Positions 12,373-22,263 of a stretch of DNA of 64,000 bases are shown one piece after another. The stretch comes from Candidatus Eiseniibacteriota bacterium (GTDB taxonomy: Bacteria > Eisenbacteria > RBG-16-71-46). The translations under genes and the position numbers were made by a program. Position 1 is the stretch's first letter. The number at the start of each line of letters is the position of its first letter. Below the pieces are notes generated by a model. The model saw only the letters and a list, made by a program, of their open reading frames with translations. It was not told the origin of the DNA and did not search any database. The stretch covers positions 3,840,001 through 3,904,000 of the forward strand of contig OY970342.1 of the NCBI GenBank assembly GCA_963717505.1, in the 5' to 3' direction.

Positions 12373-12963
12373 ATGCCCGAGACCATTGTCCGACTAATCG
12401 AGCCGGCGCCGGGATTCGCGGCCGAGGTCGGGTCGTTCCTCGCCCAGCTCGACGATCAGAACGAATGCCTGACCGAGGACACGCGCGGGGCGACGCCGGC
12501 TGAACTCGCCTGGCAGCCGGGCCCCGGCACCAACACCATCGGCATGCTGATCGCGCACATCGCGATCGTCGAGGTCTACTGGCTGATGGTCGCCAACCAG
12601 TCGGTCGGCGACGACTACTTCGCCCGAGTCCGCGACATCCTCGGTATTGGTCCCGACGACGACGGCATGCCGGCGGCCGCGGATGCACCGCCCCCGGCTA
12701 CGCTCGCCGGCAAGGATCTCGCGTTCTACGACGACCTGATGGCCCGCGCCCGCCGGCACACACGCAGCATCGTGTCGCGGTGGGGTCCGGCCGAGCTCGA
12801 CGGCCGCGTCTCGCGTGTTTCACGCCGCGACGGCACCGCATGGACCCAGAACCGTCGATGGATCCTCTACCACGTGCTCGAGCACCAGGCCGGGCACTAC
12901 GGCCAGATCAACCTGCTCCGTCATCTGCATCGCGATCACATGAACGCCCGAGTTGCCGGATGA
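12373..12963 (+). CDS. DinB/DUF664 family putative metal-dependent thiol transferase
   Basis: NTIGMLIAHIA, WILYHVLEHQAGHYGQI; SD GAGGAGG. Confidence 0.85.
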   Translation: MPETIVRLIEPAPGFAAEVGSFLAQLDDQNECLTEDTRGATPAELAWQPGPGTNTIGMLIAHIAIVEVYWLMVANQSVGDDYFARVRDILGIGPDDDGMPAAADAPPPATLAGKDLAFYDDLMARARRHTRSIVSRWGPAELDGRVSRVSRRDGTAWTQNRRWILYHVLEHQAGHYGQINLLRHLHRDHMNARVAG

Positions 12964-13532
12964 GCGGCGACCTGATCACCCGGCTGTCGACGCTGGGAGG
13001 TTTTCGCTCGCGCGAGATCGCGCGCTTCCTGTGGCAGCTCGACGAACAGAGCCGGCGGCTGACCGGAGACACGCGCGGCCTCACCCCGGCCGACCTCGAG
13101 TGGCAGTGCGCCCCGGGCATGAACACGATCGGCATGCTGCTCGCGCACATCGCGGTCGCCGAGGTTCATCTTACGCAGGTCGGCTTGTTGGCCGAGGCGA
13201 CCGGGCACACGCGCGACGTGATCGGGATCGGCGACGAAGAGGAAGGCTTGCCGCTCGCCCCGGAGGCGCTGCCCTCCCCCGCGCTCGGCGGCCGTTCGCT
13301 CGACTACTTCGACGACCTGCTGAAGCGTGCTCGCGCGCACACTCACCAGGTCGCGCGGCGTCTGGCCGACGACGACCTCGACGTCGACGTCGTTCGACCG
13401 CGGCCGACCGGGGGCCGTCGCCTGTTCAACAAAGGCTGGGTGCTCTACCACATGCTCGAGCACGAAGCCGGGCATCACGCCCAGATCAATCTGTTGCGCC
13501 ACCTGCGATCGATCGGGCGTTCGGAAGCGTAG
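12960..13532 (+). CDS. DinB/DUF664 family paralog
   Basis: NTIGMLLAHIA, WVLYHMLEHEAGHHAQI; ATGA overlap with upstream paralog. Confidence 0.85.
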   Translation: MSGDLITRLSTLGGFRSREIARFLWQLDEQSRRLTGDTRGLTPADLEWQCAPGMNTIGMLLAHIAVAEVHLTQVGLLAEATGHTRDVIGIGDEEEGLPLAPEALPSPALGGRSLDYFDDLLKRARAHTHQVARRLADDDLDVDVVRPRPTGGRRLFNKGWVLYHMLEHEAGHHAQINLLRHLRSIGRSEA

Positions 13533-13559
13533 CCCCCTCCCGATGCCCGCCTGAAAGTT

Positions 13560-13589
13560 CGGGGGCCCCGCGGTGACGCGGAGCCCCCG
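13560..13589. terminator. Hairpin between convergent genes
   Basis: CGGGGGCCCCGCG-GTGA-CGCGGAGCCCCCG. Confidence 0.6.
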
Positions 13590-13610
13590 TTGTTGCTGGG
13601 TTCGAGATCG

Positions 13611-14315
13611 TCAGCTGCCCATCTTGATCGCCAGGCCGGCCACCAACTCCCAGTTGCTGTACCAGCTGGTGCCGTACGAGTAGCAGTAGCCGTAGATGTC
13701 GCACCAGTAGTAGTTGCCGGTCGTGATCGCAGTGTCCGTGGTCCGCCAGCGCCCTTCGAGGCGCAACCCCGCCCGATCGTTCACTGCAACCTTGGCGCCG
13801 AGGGCGAAGTTGAAGTTGAACAGCGTCGAACTGCCGTTGTTCGCCGCACTCACGTCCGGGCTGATCGAGATGTCGCGGTGGACGACCGACCAGCCGAACC
13901 CGAGCGAAGCGAACGGCGTGACCTTCTCGTTGCCGGTGGGCTGGTAGCCCAGAAAGTTCATGTCGTAGGAGTCGACCGTGAGTTCACCGATCTTGCCGCT
14001 GGATATGTAGCTGTAGTCGATGCCTCTAGGCGCCAGAACTTCGGAAGTCGCACGCGTGTAGGCGAACTCGACCCCGGAACGCCGGTTCGGGTTTACCGTC
14101 AGACGGCCGCCCCACATGAGGCCGTTCTCCAGCGGCACGGTCGCGTAGTAGCCATAGAGATCCGAGGCAATGTTGTACCCGACGAACGGCGTGAGTTCCA
14201 CGCTGCGTCCGGCGCTGTACTGCGCCTCGGCTCGCGAAGCGCCGAGCCCCGACAGAGCCAGGATGGCCCCGAGGATGGTCCAGCGTGCAACACTCGACTT
14301 CGAACTCGTTCCCAT
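13611..14315 (-). CDS. Small outer-membrane beta-barrel protein (OMP_b-brl-like)
   Basis: Signal peptide, VELTPFVGY, PFASLGFGWS, FNFNFALGAK, LRLEGRW amphipathic strands. Confidence 0.8.
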   Translation of the reverse strand: MGTSSKSSVARWTILGAILALSGLGASRAEAQYSAGRSVELTPFVGYNIASDLYGYYATVPLENGLMWGGRLTVNPNRRSGVEFAYTRATSEVLAPRGIDYSYISSGKIGELTVDSYDMNFLGYQPTGNEKVTPFASLGFGWSVVHRDISISPDVSAANNGSSTLFNFNFALGAKVAVNDRAGLRLEGRWRTTDTAITTGNYYWCDIYGYCYSYGTSWYSNWELVAGLAIKMGS

Positions 14316-14407
14316 GCTGCGGGCCCCCTGGGGTAGTTGGGCCTACCGACGAAGCGATAGAGCCCCAAGAATCAGATGCGACGACTGCGACCTGTTCAGA
14401 GCACGGC

Positions 14408-14866
14408 TCAAGGAACCAGCGGGGTCTCCGCACGAATCTGCAGGTCGATCAACGAATTGATGATGGCTTCGATCTGGGCGAAGCGCGCGCCAGTGATTGG
14501 GGACACGGTCTTCGACACCTTGTCCGTGTATTTCTTGAGCAGCGCCAGGCGCGATGACTCGAGCTTGAATGCGCGGTCGACCAGGCTCTTGGCGGTATTG
14601 GCCGTCATGCTGTCGTAAGTGGCCGCGTAGTCCTTGATCAGCTGCAGGCGCTGGTCGCCCAGCTTGGCCAGCTCGGTCTCGTATTCCCGCTGGATCGGCC
14701 AGAACTTGGCGCCGTCGGCCTCGGACAGGTCGAGGGCCTGGGTGTGGATCTCGGTCTTGGCCGCGCGCAGATCGGACCGCAACATCTCGAGGTATTTGTC
14801 CATGTCGTCGGCCACGGCGAGCGCCGGGGTCAGGACCAGCATCAACAACGGCAACAGCTTCTTCAC
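14408..14866 (-). CDS. Periplasmic all-helical hypothetical protein
   Basis: GTG start after AAGGAGG, signal peptide, LDLSEADGAKFWPIQREY motif. Confidence 0.8.
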   Translation of the reverse strand: MKKLLPLLMLVLTPALAVADDMDKYLEMLRSDLRAAKTEIHTQALDLSEADGAKFWPIQREYETELAKLGDQRLQLIKDYAATYDSMTANTAKSLVDRAFKLESSRLALLKKYTDKVSKTVSPITGARFAQIEAIINSLIDLQIRAETPLVP

Positions 14867-14925
14867 CAGAAACCTCCTTGAATCGTGGTCGTGGGCGGGG
14901 TCGAATCTCGGAACAGTGGCGAGGG

Positions 14926-15009
14926 ACGATAGGGTTGGCCCCGAGGCGTGTCAACCGTCCTCGACGCTACGGCCTGGGCGCTTGACACCCCCCCACCGGT
15001 CGCTAGACT
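14926..15009. promoter_or_regulatory. Back-to-back sigma70 promoters
   Basis: Minus: TTGACA(14954-14949)-N17-TATCGT; plus: TTGACA(14982)-N16-TAGACT. Confidence 0.65.
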
Positions 15010-15101
15010 CCGCACGTTCATCTCTTCACGTCGAAACCCGCGGTGGGCGCGGTGTCGCCCGCATGCGCCCCGCGTTCGCGCTCTTGCTGGAGGAATGCTC
15101 G

Positions 15102-15734
15102 ATGAAGTTCGATGCCCGTTCCCTGATCGCTGTCCCACTGCTCCTGAGTTTGGTTTCCTGCGGATCGTCGACCAGCCTGGTCGGCCGCTGGAACGATCCG
15201 GCCTATCAGGGCCACTCGGGGCAAAAGGTACTGATCGTGGCGCTGGCCGAGAGCGAGCGCAACGCCAAGGTCTGGGAGGACTCGTTCGGCAAGGCGCTGA
15301 CCGCGGTCAAGGCCCAGCCGATCCCCGGCTCTCAGTTCATTCCGGTGAGCACCGCCGCGGACTCCGCAACCTTCGTCGATGCCGTGCAGAAATCAGGAGC
15401 CGAGCTGCTCGCCGTCACCCGACTGGTCTCGGCCGAGAAGGAAACCAGCTACGTCCCCGGGAGCACCTACTACACGCCGGCGCCCTACCACTACGGCTAC
15501 TACGGCTACTATTACTCGTCGTGGGGCATGGTCAACGAACCCGGCTACTACGTCGAGGACAAGGTCTACAACCTCGAGACCAACCTCTACGACGTCGCGT
15601 CGCGCAAGCTGGTGTGGAGCGGGCTGACGCGCACGGTCAATCCCGAAACCATCCAGATCGCGGCCGACGAGATCACGGAGTCCGTGATCGTCGACATCGT
15701 CAACAGCAAGGTCATCGTCCCCCCGAAGAAGTAG
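15102..15734 (+). CDS. Lipoprotein (DUF4136-like, Tyr-rich loop)
   Basis: Lipobox LVSC, YYTPAPYHYGYYGYYYSSW, LETNLYDV...LVWSG; SD GGAGG. Confidence 0.8.
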   Translation: MKFDARSLIAVPLLLSLVSCGSSTSLVGRWNDPAYQGHSGQKVLIVALAESERNAKVWEDSFGKALTAVKAQPIPGSQFIPVSTAADSATFVDAVQKSGAELLAVTRLVSAEKETSYVPGSTYYTPAPYHYGYYGYYYSSWGMVNEPGYYVEDKVYNLETNLYDVASRKLVWSGLTRTVNPETIQIAADEITESVIVDIVNSKVIVPPKK

Positions 15735-15762
15735 TTCTTCCGTCGACGACGGCGCACAAACG

Positions 15763-15802
15763 AAGCGGCGGCTCTCGGCAGACCCGAGAACCGCCGCTTT
15801 TT
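15763..15802 (+). terminator. Rho-independent terminator
   Basis: AAGCGGCGG-CTCTCGG..CCGAGAA-CCGCCGCTT followed by T tract. Confidence 0.75.
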
Positions 15803-15824
15803 CGCTGCCCAGTGCGCCCGAAGT

Positions 15825-18686
15825 CTAGGGCACCCGGGTCGCCGCCACCGGCATGCCGCCATCCGGCGTGCGGTGCGTGATCGTTCCAAGCTTGAGCTTC
15901 GAGATCTGAGGTTCGATCTTGCTCCGGTCCCCGACCGCCACCACGATCATGTCCTCGGGCTTGAGGCGGCGCTGGGTCGCCTCGAAGACCTCGGTCGCGG
16001 TCATCGCATCGAGTCGCGCCGGCAGCCCCTGGTAGTAGTCGGGCGGCAGGTCGAACAGGTAGAGCGAGCCGATGGTCTGCACCGTGCTCTCGGTGGTCTC
16101 GAACAGCGCCGGCAACGAGCGGGCCAGCGACTCCTTCGCCAGCTTGAGCTCGTCCTCGGAGACTTCTTTCTCGAGCATGCCCCTGATCTCCTTGAAGCTC
16201 TCCTCAATCGAGCGTCCGGTGGCGTCCTGACGAACGCTGGCGCCCGCGAAGATCGGAGCGATGCCGCGACGCTGAACGACCGCCGAGAACGCTCCGTAGC
16301 TGAAACCGTGCTTCTCGCGCAGATTCAGGTTCAGCCGGCTCGAGAACAGGCCGCCCAGGATCTGGTTCATGACGTCGAGCTTCTCGTAGTCAGGATCCGA
16401 ACGCATGATTCCCTGCTGGGCGAAGATCAGGGCGGTCTGCGGCGACTCCGGCTTGTCCACGATCACGACCGGCTCGGGGATGCGCGATCCAGCGGTCGGC
16501 GGCGGGATCGGCGTCCCGGCGCCCTTCCAGGCGCCGAAGGCGCGCTGGGCGAGCCGCCGCGCATCCGCTTCCTCGACGTCACCTGCGATCACCAGGGCCG
16601 CGTTCTCCGGACCGAGCGACGTGCGATAGAACTCCTCGAGATCCTTGCGCTGGACCGCCATGATCGCCTGCTCGGTGCCGAGCGGCACGTGACCGTACGG
16701 GTGGCTATTTCCGAACAGGCACGACGACGTGACGCGCAGCGCGGTCTGGAACGGAGAATCCCGCTCCTGGAGCACCGCCGTCCGGCGATCGTTGCGCACG
16801 CGATCGATCTCGTTCTCCGGGAACGTCGGATTGAGCACCATGTCGGAGAGCACGTCGAGCGCCGGTTCGGCGTTCTGCTTGAGCGCACGCACCCACAGGT
16901 AGCTGCCATCGGACACGGTGCCCGACCCCATCTTGGCGCCCAGGGCCTCGAGCTCCTTGGCGATGCCGAGTGCGTCCCGCGACTTCGTGCCTTCATCCAT
17001 CATGGCGATGGTGAAGCCGGCGAGGCCCGGAAGGTTCTGGGGGTCGGCAGCGCTGCCGGAACGCAGCTGCAGGTGCGCGGCGACCACCGGCAGGGCGCGG
17101 GACTGCACCACGTACACGGTGAGTCCGTTGTCGAGCGTCATGGTCTTGGCGCTCGGGAGCGGCGCGGTCGAGGCCGGACCGGGGGCCGGCTTCTCCTTGC
17201 GCCACGGCTCGGCGGACTCGACGGTGGACGCGTTCGCCGCCACCGGCGCCGGCGTCGGCGGCTGCGGCGGAATCACCTTCTCCCCCGGCACCGTGTGGAT
17301 CACGACGCGCTGATTCTTGCCGAGCTGCCGGGCCACGACGTCCTTCACCTGATCCGCGGTGACCGCGGCGATCCGCTCCAGGTCCTTGTTCAGGTACCCG
17401 GGATCCTTCAAGTAGTGGTTGTAGTAGTTGAGACGGTCGGCGACGCCGCCGAAGCCACCGAGGTTCTCGAGCGTCATGACGATTTCGGACATGATCGCGT
17501 TCTTGGCGGCGTCGAGCTCGGCGGCGGTGGGCCCGAACTGGGCCAGAGAGTCGAGCTGCGCCTGAGTTGCCGCTTCCAGTTCCTCGACGGTGTGCCCCGG
17601 CTTGGCCGTGACGGTGATCTGGAACACCGAAGCCAATTGGAACGACCCCTGCTCGGCGTTCACCGTCTGCGCGATCTTCTTGTCGTACGCGAGCGACTTG
17701 TAGAGCCGGCTCGCCTTGCCACGACCGAGCATCTGGGCGAGCACCATGGCCGGCGCGTCCCCCGGCTGGAAGATCGGGTCGGTCAGCCACGCCATGTACA
17801 GGCGCGGCAGCTCGACGCGGTCGGTCAGCACCTGTCGGCGCTCTTCGGTGATCGGCGGCGTCTGGACGTTCACCGGCGGCACGTCGGGTCCGCGCGCGAT
17901 CGAACCGAAGTATTTCTGCACCAGCTCCTTGGTCTTGGCGACGTCGATGTCGCCGACGATCGACAGACTGGCGTTGTTCGGAGCGTAGTAGCTTTTGAAG
18001 AAGTCGCGAACGTCATCGAGCTTCGCCGCCTGGATGTCGGCGTGCGATCCGATCACCGACGCGTAGTAGGGATGCCCGGCCGGGAACAGCTGGTGGTAGA
18101 GCTCCTCTTCGGCGAGCCCATATGGCGCGTTCTCCAGGCTCTGCCGGCGCTCGTTGCGCACGACGTCCTGCTGATTCGACAGCATGCCCTGGTCGAGCCG
18201 GTCGAGCAGGAATCCCATGCGATCGCTCTCGAGCCACAGGGCCAGCTCGAGTTGATTCGCCGGCACGTCCTCCATGTAGTTCGTCCGGTCGTACCAGGTC
18301 GTGCCGTTGACGAACGAAGCGCCGGCGCCCTCGAGGTGCGCGAAGTAACTGTCGGACTCGATGTGTCCGGAACCCTGGAACATCATGTGCTCGAACAGGT
18401 GCGCGAATCCGGTCCGCCCCACGGCTTCGTTCGAGGGACCGACGTGGTACCAGAGGTTCACGGCCGCCAGGGGCAGCCGGCTGTCCTTGCGCAGGATGAC
18501 TTCGAGTCCGTTGTCGAGCGTGTACTTCTCGAATTCCAAGTTCACGCGCGGCACCTTAGCGGAAGTGCTGCGCGATCCGAAGCAGCCCGAGAGCGCGAAG
18601 GGCAGAACGGCGAGGGCGACGATGGCGAGCGGAACGCCTCGAAAGCGTCGCAAGCGGTGCGACCAGGATGATGCCATCCGAAACAT
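15825..18686 (-). CDS. Full-length (four-domain) M16 zinc peptidase, lipoprotein
   Basis: GRTGFAHLFEHMMFQGS, lipobox LSGC, second half ILGGLFSSRLNLNLREKHGFSYG; SD AAGGAG before ATG 18686. Confidence 0.92.
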   Translation of the reverse strand: MFRMASSWSHRLRRFRGVPLAIVALAVLPFALSGCFGSRSTSAKVPRVNLEFEKYTLDNGLEVILRKDSRLPLAAVNLWYHVGPSNEAVGRTGFAHLFEHMMFQGSGHIESDSYFAHLEGAGASFVNGTTWYDRTNYMEDVPANQLELALWLESDRMGFLLDRLDQGMLSNQQDVVRNERRQSLENAPYGLAEEELYHQLFPAGHPYYASVIGSHADIQAAKLDDVRDFFKSYYAPNNASLSIVGDIDVAKTKELVQKYFGSIARGPDVPPVNVQTPPITEERRQVLTDRVELPRLYMAWLTDPIFQPGDAPAMVLAQMLGRGKASRLYKSLAYDKKIAQTVNAEQGSFQLASVFQITVTAKPGHTVEELEAATQAQLDSLAQFGPTAAELDAAKNAIMSEIVMTLENLGGFGGVADRLNYYNHYLKDPGYLNKDLERIAAVTADQVKDVVARQLGKNQRVVIHTVPGEKVIPPQPPTPAPVAANASTVESAEPWRKEKPAPGPASTAPLPSAKTMTLDNGLTVYVVQSRALPVVAAHLQLRSGSAADPQNLPGLAGFTIAMMDEGTKSRDALGIAKELEALGAKMGSGTVSDGSYLWVRALKQNAEPALDVLSDMVLNPTFPENEIDRVRNDRRTAVLQERDSPFQTALRVTSSCLFGNSHPYGHVPLGTEQAIMAVQRKDLEEFYRTSLGPENAALVIAGDVEEADARRLAQRAFGAWKGAGTPIPPPTAGSRIPEPVVIVDKPESPQTALIFAQQGIMRSDPDYEKLDVMNQILGGLFSSRLNLNLREKHGFSYGAFSAVVQRRGIAPIFAGASVRQDATGRSIEESFKEIRGMLEKEVSEDELKLAKESLARSLPALFETTESTVQTIGSLYLFDLPPDYYQGLPARLDAMTATEVFEATQRRLKPEDMIVVAVGDRSKIEPQISKLKLGTITHRTPDGGMPVAATRVP

Positions 18687-18871
18687 GAGTACGGACTCCT
18701 TTTGCGCCGGCGTCGCCGGCAGGTGGAAGGGCTGGGTCACGAACGGTCGGAGATTAGGGGGCCACGCCCGGTGGTTCAACGACTCGAGGCACCAGTCCCG
18801 GGAATGGCGTCACCAGCGCGGAAATCCGGGGCCTTGCCGACGTCCGGACGGCTCCCTAGAGTGCGTGACTC

Positions 18872-20029
18872 ATGATCTGCCGCAATGTCCCCGCCTCACT
18901 CCTGGTCCTCGTGGCACTCGTGCCGCAGGGGGCTGCCGCCGGCGGCCTGTTTCGACCTTCGGTTGCCAATCCGCGCGAATCGCTGTCCCGCTGGCGGCAA
19001 TCGTCGTACACCTCCGACTGGCGCTACGGAACCGACGTCACCGACTCGACCTCGATCGGCGGCTTCGTCGAGGACCGCACCGGCGTTCATTGGGAAATCG
19101 CGGCCGGTCACACCTTCCGCTGGCGCCCGCTCGAGCGGATCTTCGGCACGCGGCCGCCCTGGGCCGGCTATCAGCTCGGGGTGCCGGCGGCGATCTTCGC
19201 CCAGTTCGAAAACGACGGCTCCCTGCTCAATACCGACTTCCAGTACGGAGTGAGCTTCGAGATCCAATGGAACGGCGCACTGTCGCCTGTGAGTCGACCG
19301 TTCGAGCGCGCCTTGTGGACCACCCGGTTGACCGTGCTCCACCGGAGTTCCCATCTCGGCGACGAGTACCTGGCGCTGGGCGCGATCGGCAGCAACCAGG
19401 ATGGCCATCCGGCTCAGGGCACTCTGTTCGATCGCCCACCTGTCAAGCGGGTGGATCTGAGCTACGAGATGCTCGAGGCCCTGGTCGCTTTCGAATGGGC
19501 GCCGTTTCGCGGCGAGGGCTCGGCCCGGATCTACGCCGGCGGCGACAAAAAGGCGCTGATCCCCTCGCACTGGGGAATCGGTGCGCGACGGCCCAAGAAC
19601 TTCGACTCTCCGGCCGGCCGGCTCGGGTTCGAGTGGCGTTCGGCCGGCAACGCGAGTGGGACGGGCAGCGGCTGGCTGAATCGCTTCTCCGGTTCCGACC
19701 GGCTGCGAACCGGGTGGTTGACCGCGATCGATCTGCGCCTGGCAAGGCCGTACAACTTCGCGTCGTGCGACAATCCGGCGGGCACCGGTGAAGTCTGGAC
19801 GCCGCACCTGTGGAGCGAATGTCCGAACGGCTTCGAGTTCGACGGCTATGCCGGGTCGTGGCGTGGGATGATCGGCTTCACGATCCTGCCGCGCGGGCCG
19901 GGCGCCTCGGAGTGGGTGGTGGCGCTCGAGTGGTACGACGGTTATTCGATGAACGGCCAGTTCCTCGATCAACCCCTGCGCTATCGCCCACGCGCCTACA
20001 TCATTCCGAGCGTGACCGCGACCTTCTAG
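18872..20029 (+). CDS. DUF1207-like exported/outer-membrane protein
   Basis: FRPSVANPRE, LLNTDFQYG, HRSSHLGDEY, YDGYSMNGQF; signal peptide; C-terminal Phe. Confidence 0.7.
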   Translation: MICRNVPASLLVLVALVPQGAAAGGLFRPSVANPRESLSRWRQSSYTSDWRYGTDVTDSTSIGGFVEDRTGVHWEIAAGHTFRWRPLERIFGTRPPWAGYQLGVPAAIFAQFENDGSLLNTDFQYGVSFEIQWNGALSPVSRPFERALWTTRLTVLHRSSHLGDEYLALGAIGSNQDGHPAQGTLFDRPPVKRVDLSYEMLEALVAFEWAPFRGEGSARIYAGGDKKALIPSHWGIGARRPKNFDSPAGRLGFEWRSAGNASGTGSGWLNRFSGSDRLRTGWLTAIDLRLARPYNFASCDNPAGTGEVWTPHLWSECPNGFEFDGYAGSWRGMIGFTILPRGPGASEWVVALEWYDGYSMNGQFLDQPLRYRPRAYIIPSVTATF

Positions 20030-20039
20030 CCGGCGCCTG

Positions 20040-20384
20040 CTAGCCGGGAGGCCAGGTCATGGGTCGCCCGCCGAGCAGATGCACGTGAATGTGATCCACC
20101 GTCTGGCCGCCGTGTCGACCGACGTTGGTCACCAATCGCCATCCCTGATCCAACCCCTCGCGCTCGGCGATGCGCGCGGCCAGCGCGAACAGATCGCCGA
20201 GCAGCGCGCCATGCTCGGGACCCAGTCCCGCCGCGGAAGCCGCGACGTGCTCCTTGGGAATCAGCAACACGTGAATCGGCGCCTGGGGATGAAGGTCGCG
20301 AAACGCCAGGACCTGCTCGGTCTCGTCGACCTTCTGCGCCGGAATCTCACCCGCGGCGATCCGGCAGAAGATGCAGTTGCTCAC
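20040..20384 (-). CDS. Histidine triad nucleotide-binding protein (HINT)
   Basis: CIFCRI, AFRDLHPQAP, GQTVDHIHVHLLGGR.MTWPPG; GTG start. Confidence 0.93.
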   Translation of the reverse strand: MSNCIFCRIAAGEIPAQKVDETEQVLAFRDLHPQAPIHVLLIPKEHVAASAAGLGPEHGALLGDLFALAARIAEREGLDQGWRLVTNVGRHGGQTVDHIHVHLLGGRPMTWPPG

Positions 20385-20466
20385 GGCCCTCCCGGGATGA
20401 AGACGCAACGCGCGTTCGGCTGGTGGCGGCCGCCCCGGGTCGGGACGGCCGCCTGCCGGACCTCGA

Positions 20467-21774
20467 CTACGTGCCCTCGCTCCAGGTCTGCATGTACTTC
20501 TCCTGCTCGCTGGTCAGGGTGTCGATCGCGATGTCCATCGAACGCAGCTTGAGGCGCGCCACTTCCTTGTCGATCGCCTTGGGCACGACGTAGACGTCCT
20601 TCTTGAGGCTGCGCGCCTTCTTCCTGAGGAACTCGACGCTCAGGGCCTGGTTCGCGAACGACATGTCCATGACCATCGCCGGATGGCCCTCGGCCGCGGC
20701 CAGGTTGATGAGTCGGCCCTCGCCCAGCAGGTAGATCCGGCGTCCGCCGCGCATCCGGAATTCCTCGACGAATTCCCGAACCACGCGCTTGCCGGACGAC
20801 ATGCGCTCGAGCGCCGGGATGTCGATCTCGACGTTGAAATGGCCGCTGTTCGCGACGATGGCGCCGTCCTTCATCGCGGCAAAGTGCTCGCGGCGCAGCA
20901 CCGACTTGTTGCCGGTCAGGGTGATGAATAGGTCGCCACGCGGTGCGGCGTCGGCCATCGAAACGACCTGGAAGCCGTCCATCGCCGCCTCGAGCGCCCG
21001 CACCGGATCGATCTCGGTGACCAGCACGGTGGCACCCAGGCCCTTGGCGCGAGTCGCCACACCGCGGCCACACCAGCCGTAGCCGGCGATCACCACCGTG
21101 GAGCCGGCGATCAGCATGTTGGTGCTGCGCAGGACGCCATCCATGGTGCTCTGTCCGGTGCCGTAGCGGTTGTCGAACAGGTGCTTGGTGTCGGCGTCGT
21201 TGATCGCGATCACCGGATACTTGAGCACCTTGGTCGCCGCCATCGCCCGCAGCCGGGTCACGCCGGTCGACGTCTCCTCCGTCCCCGCGTAGACGTCACG
21301 CAGGTAGGGCTTCATCTTGGTGTGCAGCACGGTCACCAGGTCGCAGCCGTCGTCCATGGTGACGTGCGGCCGGGTCTCGATGCACGAGACGATGTGCTGG
21401 TAATAGGTGCGATGGTCCTCGCCCTTGATCGCGTAGGTGGGAATGCCGTAGTGGGCGACCAATGCGGCGGCGACGTCGTCCTGCGTGCTGAGCGGGTTCG
21501 AGCCGCACAGGGCGACCTCGGCGCCACCGGCCTTGAGCGTGCGCATCAGGTTCGCGGTTTCGGTGGTGACGTGCAGGCAGGCCCCGACCCGCATGCCCTT
21601 GAGTGGCCGCTGCTTCGCGAACCGGGCGCGGATCGTGCTCAACACCGGCATGTGCCGGTCGGCCCATTCGATGCGCATGCGGCCCTGGCGAGCGAGCTTG
21701 AGATCTTTGACGTGACCGGCGAGCGCGTGGCCGTTGCCGGTGGCGCCGTTTCCTTTCGAAGCGCGACGAACCAT
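20467..21774 (-). CDS. ahcY: Adenosylhomocysteinase
   Basis: GACLHVTTET, SNPLSTQD, EETSTG, KHLFDNRYGTGQS, GYGWCGRG, GHPAMVMDMSF. Confidence 0.97.
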   Translation of the reverse strand: MVRRASKGNGATGNGHALAGHVKDLKLARQGRMRIEWADRHMPVLSTIRARFAKQRPLKGMRVGACLHVTTETANLMRTLKAGGAEVALCGSNPLSTQDDVAAALVAHYGIPTYAIKGEDHRTYYQHIVSCIETRPHVTMDDGCDLVTVLHTKMKPYLRDVYAGTEETSTGVTRLRAMAATKVLKYPVIAINDADTKHLFDNRYGTGQSTMDGVLRSTNMLIAGSTVVIAGYGWCGRGVATRAKGLGATVLVTEIDPVRALEAAMDGFQVVSMADAAPRGDLFITLTGNKSVLRREHFAAMKDGAIVANSGHFNVEIDIPALERMSSGKRVVREFVEEFRMRGGRRIYLLGEGRLINLAAAEGHPAMVMDMSFANQALSVEFLRKKARSLKKDVYVVPKAIDKEVARLKLRSMDIAIDTLTSEQEKYMQTWSEGT

Positions 21775-21910
21775 CTCACGATCCTCCGACGATTCTGGGT
21801 TGTCTCGGCTGGCGAGCGCTGCGGGGATCCGCGGCGCGAAGCGGAGCCCGTGCGATCGGGCTCGGAACCGCGATATTGTGCCTCAAGCAGGCGGTCGACC
21901 TCAAGAGGTC

Positions 21911-21952
21911 TTGCGCGGAGATGTCGATTGTTCATATGCTTAGACATATGAA
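21911..21952 (+). promoter_or_regulatory. Promoter and palindromic operator of vapBC (probably leaderless)
   Basis: TTGCGC-N18-TATGCT-N7-ATG; inverted repeat TTCATATG-CTTAGA-CATATGAA (21931-21952) covers the -10 and the start codon. Confidence 0.65.
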
Positions 21953-22196
21953 ACGTCGAACCACGTTGATCCTGGATTCAGCGGTGCACGCCGCACTGCG
22001 CGCCCGCGCCGAACGGGAAGGACGCACCTTCACCGAGGCCCTCGAGCAAGTGCTGCGCGTCGGCCTGGCCGCGCGCAGCGCCGGCCGGCGCCCGCGGCTG
22101 CGGCTTCCCTCCTACGACCTCGGGCCGTTCCTGGTCGACCCCGCCGACCGCCTGGCGATTGCCGCGCTGCGCGCCAGCGAGCGCCGCGAGCCATGA
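21948..22196 (+). CDS. Ribbon-helix-helix (CopG/VapB-like) antitoxin
   Basis: MKRRTTLILDSAVHAALRARAEREGRTFTEALEQVLRVGL...LPSYDLG..LVD. Confidence 0.85.
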   Translation: MKRRTTLILDSAVHAALRARAEREGRTFTEALEQVLRVGLAARSAGRRPRLRLPSYDLGPFLVDPADRLAIAALRASERREP

Positions 22197-22263
22197 GGCT
22201 CCATTCGATCAGGGCGAGCCGGCCGAGCCCGGTCCGAGCGAGCCGGCCGAGCTCGTTCCAACG

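Noticed and set aside
21775-21900. SAH/SAM riboswitch upstream of ahcY
   Set aside because: The GAGCGCTGC-like motif is on the strand opposite to ahcY and other conserved elements were not found
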